A stretch of DNA of 64,000 nt from Geosiphon pyriformis uo1. Lineage: Eukaryota; Fungi; Glomeromycota. The DNA is taken from contig JAAOMT010000483.1 in assembly GCA_016748015.1 (NCBI GenBank), positions 124,001 through 188,000 on the forward strand, read 5' to 3'. The position numbers and the translations under genes are program-made. Within the stretch, counting starts at the first letter, position 1; each line of letters begins with the position of its first letter. Under the pieces are notes generated by a model. It was given only the letters and a program-made list of their open reading frames with translations. It was not told the DNA's origin and did not search any database. Positions 37,407 through 48,350 of the stretch are shown piece by piece.

Positions 37407-40400
37407 TTTGGTGCTCTCTCACAAAAATAACACAGCAACAACAAATTCAAAGTGGTGACCACACCAGACACAGCAACTCTAGAGTATTACCAGTCAATTT
37501 ACACCCACTGCAAGCAAAAATTCAACATTCCAGACGGAATTGAAGTTGTCAAGAATCAGTATACCAATATATTGAAAACCACATTAACAATTATCTTTTT
37601 GAAAACTACAACATTTTAGAAGTTAGAAGCAACCTCTACAATAATTTAGTGCACTATTCACAATTGGGAACAGAAGACCTAAACAGTGAAACACTTGCTA
37701 CCTACTACCAAGAACTTAATTTTAACATTATTGAATATTGTAAAAAAAAATACCCAGTACAGTCTAAATACTCTTTTGACTTTGAATCAGAAACCGAAAC
37801 AAGCAACAAAGGCAAACAAAAATTGAAGCAATACTCAAGAATCATCCCAAACACTCCAATACTACAAAAAACAGCTGCCAAACACTTGCAAACACCTGAA
37901 CAAGAAACCAGTGCCAAATTACTACTTTTTATTACACTATTTCCAATTTCACTTGTTCAACTACAAACACCAAGTTCACTACTTAACTGTTTTTCCAGAC
38001 CAGAAGATTTTCAGTCACCTAGAAATCCTACTCAACAACAAGAACCAATATTAACAAGTGCCAATATCATTAATTACTTACAGAAAAATGAAAGTAATCA
38101 CTCAGGCAGCTTGGAAAGTAAAGAAACTGAATCAGAACCAGAAGAAATTACAGAAAATAAAGAAGAAATGGCAACTGCTTACATTACAAAAATCCCAAAA
38201 TTCATTGGTGAAGACAATGATACCAGCTCTCAAGAATGGCTTGACAAAGTTCAAAAAGCAGGAGATGCAAATGGTTGGATCGCAGCAAGAATGCTCAAAG
38301 CAATTCTCTACTTTCTTCAAGGAACAACAGAAGAATGATTTGAAAACTTAGAAGAACTATTTGAAAACTGGCAAGCATTTAAAGATGCTTTTCTACAACA
38401 ATACCTCTATTACTCTTAAAAACTGCTTTTACAATATCAAACAAGAAACATTTAAAACTGTTATGACCTATCTTGAAAAATTTAACAAACTTCTCAGATG
38501 AATCTGACAATTGAAAACCAATGACTACTATTCTGATGCTCAAATTCTGGATCAGTTTATAGCAGAGTTAAAAAACAAACTGATTAAGAAAGTCCATCCA
38601 CATGCTCCAGCAGACTTAGCAACTGCTATTAGACATGCAAAGAGCTATGAAATGACAATGGAAAAAGCAAATTACACCAAGCTTGTAAACCTTGCAATTG
38701 GAGAAACCAGCTCAACAGCTGAAAAAAAAATAGACCAACTCACAAAAAAGGTTGAAAGCTACTTCACAAACCAACAACAACAGCAACAACAACCACAAAG
38801 ATATCAACTCCCACAATGATACAACCAAAACAATTTTGGATCACCATCCAACAACCAACCTCAAAATTGTCATTATTGTGGAATTCCAGGACACTGAAAA
38901 TGAGATTGTAGGAAATTACAAAGAGACCAACAAAACAAGAGTAATTAACGTTACTTTTCATCACAACAATTCTATTACCAATCTCCACTACCAACCTATT
39001 ATTTACCAAGACCACAAAATCAAAACAGTTACTATTTACCAGCTCCACAACCAATGCAGCAACAATATCAGCAACCTTTATCAATTCAGCCATATTAGAC
39101 ACCATCCACTCAACAATATCAAGTACCAGCAAAAAGATTGGTTCAACATAACCAATTCATATCCCAAAATTAATTGCAGAGTAACCACAACAGAATCAAT
39201 TCAAATAACCAGTTGGTTCCCCGAAATTCTGGTCAGCAAAGACCCAATCATTATCACACTCAACCCAGTTATCTTACAATACCAGAGGAATCGGATTTTC
39301 AACAAACTGCACTTTCTGAAGGTAAAGTTGCAGCACCAAAATCAAACTCTTCCAACCACACCATTCTACCAGCTCAAATTGTCCAAAATGCCAATCTGTC
39401 AGATATATTTCTATTTGAATTTGAAGCAAATGAATCACCATTTCTGCTTAGTAATGCAGCAGTCAATGAACAGAAAGCAATTACTGCTATGTACACAGAA
39501 GCTACAATAGAAGAAAAACCCATTTGCTTAATCTTAGATAGTGGATCGGCTGGAAGTATTATCACTTACCAGCTAATACAACAACTCAAATAAAACATAG
39601 ACAAACCAGCTCAAACAGTTATTGTCACAGCTGATGATATAAAGAAGACTCCAGTAGGAAAAATTGATGATTTCCCTTTTACAATTGATGGAATCACCAT
39701 TTCAGTTAAAGTTCTTGTTATGAATGCACCCCAATACCAAGTTTTAGTCGGAAATGATTGGTTTCTCAAGGCCAATGCAAACCTAAACTGGGAAACTCAA
39801 GAATTTAAAATCTCATACCAAGAACAATATACCATAGTACCTGCAACCTGTGGTACCTTTAACAAATGATCAGAAAAAGCCCCAGTATTTGAATTTGAAG
39901 AGGAGAAAGAAATACTATTTACTGAAACCTACATGGCTCTTTGATCACCATCCAATTGGGCTGAGGAAACAGAACAAGAGATTTTTAAAGAATCAAGAGG
40001 ATAGAAAAAAGTTAGATATTCTACACCAGAACCACGGAAACAACCACCCTATATTCCACTCAAATGCAAAGATTGCAACAAAAAACTTTCATTAATGGGA
40101 GCATGTATTTCTCCAAAAGAGGAATATGAAACTCGTACCTGTTACTTTTGCAAAGCATGCCATAGAGAACGATTTGGATCTCCAAAAAAAAATGGAAAAT
40201 AGAACAACACACCTTGTCTTACATGTGGAGAAATGCTACCAGAAGAATGCAATTGGATTGATGTAGCAATGAGAGGAGGAGTATGTAATTAAACCTGTCA
40301 ATATGCTTTATTAATTTTGAAAAAAGTCAGAAGAGGAATACCATTTAATGCAGCATACAACAGTGCTCTCAATAAACTTTATCACTACTTTCATGATGCT

Positions 40401-43060
40401 GAAATAATTTTTGACTTAGCAATAGCATTGATCAATAGAGCCATCCAAGAAGATGTCCGCCAAATGAAAGAAGCTGAATATATTGAGTATATCATGAAAT
40501 TAGCTGGATTTGATTATGAAGATGAAGTAGAAACCTACCACCAAATTGCAAGCCACATATATCCGACCAAAGAAGCTCAAATTTAATGATTAGAACAAAT
40601 AAACATTCAATTGTGTGAAGAATGTGTTATGTCTTGTGATGATCAATGGTGTTTAGAATGTTATGCTCTTAGCATTCCTCTGCCAGATGAGAATAATAAA
40701 AATGAAATCGAATTTGGAGTATCTGAACTAGTAGAAGAACTACCAACCACCCCCATCTATCTTCTTAAAAAGCAACCACCTCTACAACTTAAATATTTTG
40801 ACAACTATGGCCAAAGAATCAGACCAGAAAAAGCACACGAAATTAATGCTGGATATGATCTAAAATACCTAGGAAAAAATACTTTGGTTCTCTTACTAAA
40901 GTCCTTGACAAAAATCAATTTCAAAATTGCTCTTGAAATACCACCAGAAGCAATAGTTCAAATTGCCTCCAGATCATCATTGGCAAGCAAAGGAATCAAT
41001 ATTAAAGGAGGAGTTATAGATGCAGGATACACTGAAGACATTACCATCATGTTACAGAATGAAACAGACAAATCATTCAGAATTGAACATGCTGAAAAAA
41101 TTGCTCAAGCAATTTACTTACCCTTAATCAACATTTTGGGTTTACAATCAATAAACAACAGAGAACAATTGGGAAAAAGTGAAAAAAGAACTCAAGGTTT
41201 TGGTTCAACTGGACGATTTATAGTTCCAGTAAACATAACTCTGAATACACAAAATGAATCTCACCAGATTCTTCAACTTCCCTAGCCAATTACCATTTCA
41301 TCTTTTGGAGAACATCACGAAATTTATACTTGCTCAAAACCCACCACTACACAACAAATCTTTGAATTCAATGAACAAATCTGTTTGAAGCATGAAATCT
41401 CAATTCCAAATGTTTATATTCCCAAAGGAATGAAAAAATTTTGAGTTATATTTTACAACCCCAATAATTATCCTATTATCTTATTAAACAAACTAGAGAT
41501 TGGAATTATACACAGCAATATTTTTCAAGATGAAAACCCTCAAATTGTCTCTAATTTCATCGAAATTGTAAGACACACACTACTCTCAAATCTAAATATT
41601 ATTCCCACTACTGAAAACTACTACTTTTTGGAAGAAAAACTCTCTCAAATCAACATGGATCCCTTAAAACCTCAACAACAAAGACAATTGAAACAATTAA
41701 TAGCTGAATTTACAGATATATTTGCAAAAGACAACAATGACCTGGGAAAAACGGATATGGTTCAACATCAGATTCATACAGGAGATGCTTCACCAAAATG
41801 ACAGCAAGCTTACAGAGTGCCACTGGCCAGCCACCAATTTATTAGAGAAGAAGTCCAGAGAATGCTCAATAATGGATTGATTCAACCATTAAGAAGTCTT
41901 TGGGCTTCACCAGTAGTCCTGGTCAAAAAGAAAATAGAAAAATCAGATTTTGTGTTGACTATCGCCAATTGAACAGTGTAACAATTGGAGATGCCTACCC
42001 TCTTTCAAGAATTGATGACATGCTAGATGCTCTAGGAAAAGCCAAGTTCTTCTCAACTTTAAACTTGAAAAGTGGATACTGGCAAGTCGAAATGAACCCA
42101 AAAGACCGACCCAAAACAGCATTTACCACTCAGGGAGGAAATTATGAGTTTAATGTTATGCCTTTTGGACTCTGCAATATACCAGCAACATTCCAGTGAC
42201 TCATGGATGTGGTATATAAAGAACTCTTGTGGCAATTAGTAGTTGTCTATCTTGATAACACTAATGTATACTTACCAAGCTTTGAGACTCATCTTATTCA
42301 CCTGTGAGAAGTTTTTCAATAATTACGGAAAGCAGGATTAAAGTTAAACATTGAAAAATGTCACTTTGGAAAAACAAGCTTGATCTTTTTTGAACACATA
42401 GTTAGTAAAGATAGAGTCAAACCAAATCCAGGAACAATCAGTGCTGTCAAAAACTTTCAAACCCCCAGAAATACTACAGAACTAAGAGGATTTGTAGGAT
42501 TAGCCTCTTATTATCGAAAATTCATAAAAGGATTCTTAGAAATTGCCAAACCACTCAATTATCTTATCAACAAAAATGTACCATACAAATGGATTGAAGA
42601 ACAACAAAAAGCTTTTGAAACTCTCAAAACAAAATTGACAACAGCTCCAGTTCTTGCTTACCCAGACTTCAACAAACGATTCCAATTAGCCACTGATGCT
42701 TCACACATAACATTTGGTGCCATCTTATTACAATTAGATAAAAATAGCCAGGAACAAATTATTGCCTATGCCAGCAGAACATTCAAGCCAACAAAACTCA
42801 AATATGGCTCAACTGAATTGGAAGCCACTGCAGTCATCTGGGCTTTCAAACACTTTCAACAATATCTAAAGAATGAAAAAAAATTTGACATAATAACTGA
42901 CAATATTGGCCTCAAATGGCTTAATAAAAAGAAAACTGAACAAAGTGCCAAACAGTCTTAATGGAATGACTTCCTAGCAGACTACAGATACATTGTACAT
43001 CACAAACCAGGAAAACTACACACCAATGTTGATAGCCTCTTAAGAATGAGACAATATTAA
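37248..43060 (+). pseudogene. gag-PR-Cys-rich-dUTPase-RT-RNase H polyprotein, disrupted
   Basis: Gag QEWLDKVQKAGDANGW, CHYCGIPGH knuckle, LILDSGSAGSII, NAGYDLKY/RSSLASKGI/GVIDAGY/TQGFGSTG, FCVDYRQLN, LATDASH, YGSTELEATAVIWA. Confidence 0.94.
37409..37420 (+). promoter_or_regulatory. Primer binding site of copy 2
   Basis: TGGTGCTCTCTC 2 nt after the LTR; same core as copy 1. Confidence 0.8.
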
Positions 43061-43127
43061 TACCAACATCAACACCAACAAAACACCAACAAACTTAACA
43101 ACAGAACAAACAACAAGATCAACAATA

Positions 43128-44513
43128 ATGGATCTAGAAAACTACAACAACATCAAAAACTATTTGGAGACTCTCACCATGCCAGAAAATTGGTCTTCAA
43201 GTAAAAAACATTGATTACAATACCAATTCAAACAATATTTTATACACCATAACAAAATATATTACAAAAATCGTAAAAACCCAAACCAACCATTCAGATT
43301 AGTACAGAAAAATGAAAAAGAAACAATTTTATACAACATGCACACAAATCCTTCTTCAGCACACTTGGGAAGAGATGGAACAATTCAAAAAACTTTTGAA
43401 CATTATTTTTGGCCTCACATGCAAAAAGACATTTGACAATATATAGAATCTTGTAATAGTTGTTAAAGAAAAGAAGGAACTCACCCTATAGAACCTTTAA
43501 ATCCAATCAAAGTTGGACAACCTTTTGACAGAGTTGGAATTAATTTAATCAGACCATTATCTATTACAACCCAAAGAAATCGTTATATTGTAGTTGCAGT
43601 GGATTATCTTATCAAATGGCCTGAAACTAGAGCCATCCAAAGAGCAGATGCAAAATCAGTAGCAAATTTCATCTATAAAGACATTATTTGTAGACATGGA
43701 TGCCCAATTGAACTTTTATCTGATCAAGGAACACATTTTGTGAACAACTTGATACAAAAAATTTGTGAATGGTTCAATGTCAAAAGACCTCTATCATCAT
43801 CTTACTATCCTCAAACAAATGGACTTGTAGAACATTTCAACAGAATATTGTGTGAATCTCTAGCCAAAGTCTTAACAAACTTTGAGCAGGAATGGGATAT
43901 CTTTATTCCATCAGTGTTACTAGCATACTGAACACTAAAACAAGATACTATGAAACACATATTATTTGATCTTACTTATGGAAGGACAGCAACATTACCA
44001 ATTAATTTCACAGTGGAAACATATCCAGTACAACCAATCAATGAAGAAAACTTTCAAGAAACACTCCAAAAAAGAGTCTACACTCTTCTTAGTACACTGG
44101 AAGGAAAAAGAAGAATAGCAGCAACTTATATTGAACATTCTCAAGCTCAACAAAAAAAAAGACATGACAACAAATTACCACCTATTACCAGCGAATTTAA
44201 AGTTAGAAATAAAGTTTTCTTACACAGAACTAAGACTAAAAAACAATAGAGTGGAAAATTTGAAAACAAATGGGATGGACCATTTTATATTCACAAAAGT
44301 CTAGACAATGGATCATATAAGTTAAGACTTGATAACAAAATACTAGCAAAAGTTGCACATAGAGACAGATTGAAACACTATCATTTCAGAAACAATCCTG
44401 AACCATTAATTTCACAAATCGGTACACATTCTTCTTTAATTAATCCTGAAGATATTCTCCAAAATTTAGAACCAATAATTATAATAGAACAACAACCAAA
44501 CTTGAACACTTAA
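43128..44513 (+). pseudogene. Integrase (HHCC, DDE core, GPF/SH3-like C-terminus; no chromodomain seen)
   Basis: MHTNPSSAHLG...YFWP..CNSC, SDQGTHF, YYPQTNGLVEHFN, KWDGPFYI...GSYKL. Confidence 0.92.
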
Positions 44514-44789
44514 ATTTTACAATAATTCTAAACTAAAAACACAAAGACAAAAACAGTAAATAAATTACAAAAACACCCAAACCCAAAAACAAATAAAAAC
44601 CTCATATCCCAAAAATAATTTTTTTTATTCTCTCTTTTCATAATTAATTAATTTTATCATGATTATTCCTCGAAATATTCAACAAATATCCCAAAAGTTA
44701 ATGTTAGTCTTGAAAACACTTTCTGACTTATTCATAATGATTAATGGAAGTTAAATTAATTACATTCAGAAGGAAACCACAGCTCCAGT

Positions 44790-45366
44790 AGCAAATCATT
44801 TACAGAACTATTACCTTTATAGAAGAAAAACAAGAAATCACTCTAAAAATAGGTTACCAAGACTTTTAAAGCAAGCACTAGAAGAAAATCTTTTAATTGC
44901 CCCTATTGACATTTCACCAAATGCTACAATGCAACAAAAACTTTTATCACTTCTCAATGAACAGAACAATAAACACATTCTTATCTATAAATACTTTCAT
45001 ATTGGAAAGACACTTTATAAACGAAAACTGGAACTTGAAGCAACAAATCTTACTCCTGAAGCTATACAAAAACAAATCCACAATGAATTCAAAACAGCAG
45101 CTGGACCAACAAACACTCACTACAAACTTAGAGCAGCTTTTAGACTCTATGATTTGTTTAATACTTGTGAAAATGTTCTACAAAATCTAATATTGCAACC
45201 AATGAAAGTCCAATACATTGGCAAGCTCACAGAACTGAAATTTCAACAATTTTCAGACCAGATTACTTCAATTATTTTAGATCACTATCTCAATATCACA
45301 GATAGTGCTTGGACTTCAATAGAGCTCAGTCTTGAGGAGGAGATTATGTTACCAGTAGAATTTTAG
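44790..45366 (+). CDS. Extra ORF (ORF3) in env position, unknown function; start uncertain
   Basis: ORF 44929-45366, with the frame open about 46 codons further upstream. Overlaps the PPT and LTR start. A diverged homolog is present in copy 3. Confidence 0.7.
45334..45343 (+). promoter_or_regulatory. Polypurine tract of copy 2
   Basis: GAGGAGGAGA 3 nt before the 3' LTR. Confidence 0.85.
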
Positions 45367-46319
45367 CTATTAATTAGCACGAAATTACTCTTATAATTCC
45401 TATAATTAATTAGTATATTAATATCATTTCAAATTATCATTTATTATTTAATCAATTATCACATATCACGATTCAATTAAAATAATCTAATTAGTATAAC
45501 AGAAAGTAGGATGATCAAATTACACAATACTCTGAACTTTATAACATTCTAAAATTCGCCGAAATTTACAGAAATTTGCCAAAATTATGAATAGTTCACC
45601 CAAATTAATCAATAGTTCAGTGAAATAACTTGTAGTTCATCAAAATGTATCTTTAGTTCACTGAAATTTGAGCAAAGAGAAAAAGTGCAAGTTCATAGAC
45701 TAGTACTACAACAAGTTGTATAAAAGAAGAGCTTTTCTCTTCAGGAAAATGTATCTTACTTTAGATTTATCACTTAGAATTATTTCTATACACACAAAAA
45801 GAAATAAATATCAAATAATTTGAAAAACCAAATTCTTTAATTATTGCACTTGGAAAATTCCTAAAACCCAACTAACATTTCGAAATTGATTAGCTACCAA
45901 TTTTAATAAACTGTTAGTGACTCCAGGCCTGAATAGAAAACGTTTTCCTTGACAGAATTCTATTTTTTTTACATTTTTTTTATTTTTTTTATTTTTTTTC
46001 TTATTATAATCATTAGAGTAGCCTACAGATGAGATTTCTGTAGAAGAGTTGACTTTTACAGCAAAGTAACTACACATTTTTAGTGAGCTTCCAGACGAGC
46101 AATTCCTAGAAAAGAGTTGATGTTTATTACAACATAACTACACAAAGCAACTGGCACGGAATTGGCCATTCCACTTATAAGTTCAGCAGTTCAAATTATA
46201 GGAAATAATTTGAAGATAAATTCAGTTATTGGAGGTTCAACTACTTCTAGAAAACGTGAATTTACAACCAACAGACAGTTATAACATTCAAGAAAAGAGA
46301 CCAAAAACCTTTGGTAACA
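45347..46319 (+). repeat. 3' LTR of copy 2 (973 bp)
   Basis: Direct repeat of 36433-37406. Confidence 0.97.
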
Positions 46320-46761
46320 CCACAAATTAGTAAAGCCAGCAGCCAGATGAGAATCTGGGTGCCAAACCAATGATGACCTGAACCAATCAATATCAGCATG
46401 GAGACAATTAGCTACTACCTGGGAACCAGAACCAATCTCTCAATGTACACAATAAATTGACTGGAAAACATCGCAAACAAAATGTTTAGGATTACCAGAA
46501 ATCACAGTATTACCAGTCTTCAGAAAGTGTTCACTGACCAAATGAGGTAGACACCAACTCAACAATGTCGCAGCCTTAGCAAATCTGTCAGCACACTCAT
46601 TGCCCAAAACATCCAAGTGACTCTTAATCTTAACCCAATTAATGTCCAAATTTTTTCAATGAATAACATTCACTATGTAATGGTATTTAATCCAACACCA
46701 ATTCCTAAAGTCTGGACCAAACAAAGAAGACTCAGACCTGTACACATCCAAAGCTGCCTGG

Positions 46762-48350
46762 TGTTACCAGATGTTTTTGGTCTCTTCTTAGCTCTTGTAT
46801 GTTTGTTGTAATGCTGTTAATTCACAACTATAGAAAGTGTTTGAACCTCCAATAACTGAATTTTATCTTCAAATTATCTTTTATAATTTGAACTGCTGGG
46901 CTTATAAGTAAAATGGCCAATTCCATGCCAGTTGCTTCATATAGTTACATTGTAGTAAACATTAACTCTTTTCTAGGAATTGCTCATCTGGAAGCTTACT
47001 AAAAATGTGTAGTTACTTTGCTGTGAAAGTCAACTCTTCTACAAGAATCTTGTCTGTAGGCTATTCTAATGATTATAATAAGAAAATAAAAGAAAAAAAA
47101 TAAAAGAAATGTAAAAGAAATAGAATTTTGTCAAGGGAAATGTTTTCTATCCAGGCTTGAAGTCACTAACAGTTTACTGAAATTGGTAGCTAATCAATTT
47201 CAAAATGTTAGTTAGGTTTTTTTTTTGGAGATTTTCCAAGTGCAATATTTTAAAGAAATTGGTTTTTCGAATTATTTAATATTTTATTTCTTTTTGTGTG
47301 TGTAGGAATGGTTCTAAGTAATAAATCTAAAGTAAGATATATTTTCTCAAAGAGAGAAGCTTTTCTTTTATACAACTTGTTGTAACACTATTCCATAAAC
47401 TTGAACTTTGCTCTTTTCTACAATTTTGCTAAACTAAAGATACATTTCGGTGAACTACAAGTTATTTTTGTAAACTATTAGATATTTTGGTGAACTATCA
47501 ATTATTTCAGTGAATTTCTACAAATTTCGGCGAATTTTTAAATGTTACATATTTTGGAGTATTGCATGATTGATTATCACACTTAAGTTACATTTGTGTT
47601 ATGTACAAATTGGGTTATTAATTAAATGATAATTTTGAACATTTTGCTAATGTAATAAGTGATAATTTGAAACGATAATATATGCTAATTAATGATAAGA
47701 TTTATAAAGGTAATTTCATGCTAAACAATATCTCTAATTTTGTCTGGTAACATAACCTTCTTCTCAAGACTGAGCTCCATCAAAGTCCAAGTACTGTCTG
47801 TAATTTCCAGATAATAATCCAAAATTATTGAAAAAATTTGGTCTAAAAATTGTTGAAATTTCAGTTTTGTAAGCTTTTCAATGTATTGAATCTTTAAAGG
47901 CTGTAAAATTGGGTTTTGTAGAATGTTTTTACAGGTGTGGAATAGGTCATAAAGTCTAAGAGCAGCTCTTAGTTTATAATGACTGTTTGTAGGTCCAGCT
48001 GTTGTCTTGAATTTGTTGTGGAGTTGTTTCCGAATAGCTTCTTTTGTGAGGTTTGCTGCTGTAAGCTCCTATTTTCGTTTATGAAGTGTTTTTTCAATAT
48101 AGAAATATCTATATATTGGAGTATAGTCATAGTTTTCTTTATTAAGACACAGTTGAAGTTTTTGTTGAATAGTAGCATTTGGTGGAATACTAATAGAAAT
48201 AAGCATTAAGTTTTCTCTTAAAGCAAGCTTTAAAAGTTCTGGCAGGTGAATTCCAGAATAACTTCTTGTGTTCTTCTTATATGTTATTCAAAATTTCTGG
48301 AACTCTTTTCTTCAATAAGACAAATTTGTAGTTGTAGCTTGCTTGAGCTT
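46762..48350 (-). mobile_element. Gypsy copy 3, 3' remnant: ORF3 relic, PPT and 3' LTR (46762-47752)
   Basis: LTR termini TGTTACCAG/CTGGTAACA; PPT GAGAAGAAGG; minus-strand translation AGPTNSHYKLRAALRLYDLFHTC matches ORF3. The LTR's U3 end is closer to copy 1. Confidence 0.92.

Larger units (their letters stand above)
36433..46319 (+). mobile_element. Complete Ty3/Gypsy LTR retrotransposon copy 2 (9887 bp, degenerate) with dUTPase and an extra 3' ORF
   Basis: Two LTRs about 96-97% identical with TGTTACCA...TGGTAACA termini, PBS, PPT, 4-bp TSD CCGC (36429-32)/CCAC (46320-23), domain order Gag-PR-dUT-RT-RH-IN. Confidence 0.97.
35644..46761 (-). mobile_element. LINE copy C, 3' part (35644-36432 and 46320-46761), split by Gypsy copy 2 and cut at 46761 by copy 3
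   Basis: CLFCGDVKILYHVFSCP, DINWVKIKSHLDVLGNECAD and a 3'UTR like LINE B. The two halves are exactly colinear with LINE B 10340-10400 once the LTR element and one TSD copy are removed. Confidence 0.92.

Noticed and set aside
38752-39510. 252-aa ORF as an overlapping gene in gag
   Set aside because: Alternative frame of the CAA-rich Gln/Pro tract. The conserved motifs (knuckle, protease) are in the other frame.
29415-41215. Functional uracil-metabolism cluster of URC4 with the element dUTPase
   Set aside because: The dUTPase is cargo of a dispersed, decayed transposon; proximity is coincidental.
42244-42262. RT active site YLDN instead of YLDD in both Gypsy copies as a family innovation
   Set aside because: The codons differ (GAT AAC versus GAC AAT) and both are explained by independent G-to-A decay of GAC GAY at a CpG.
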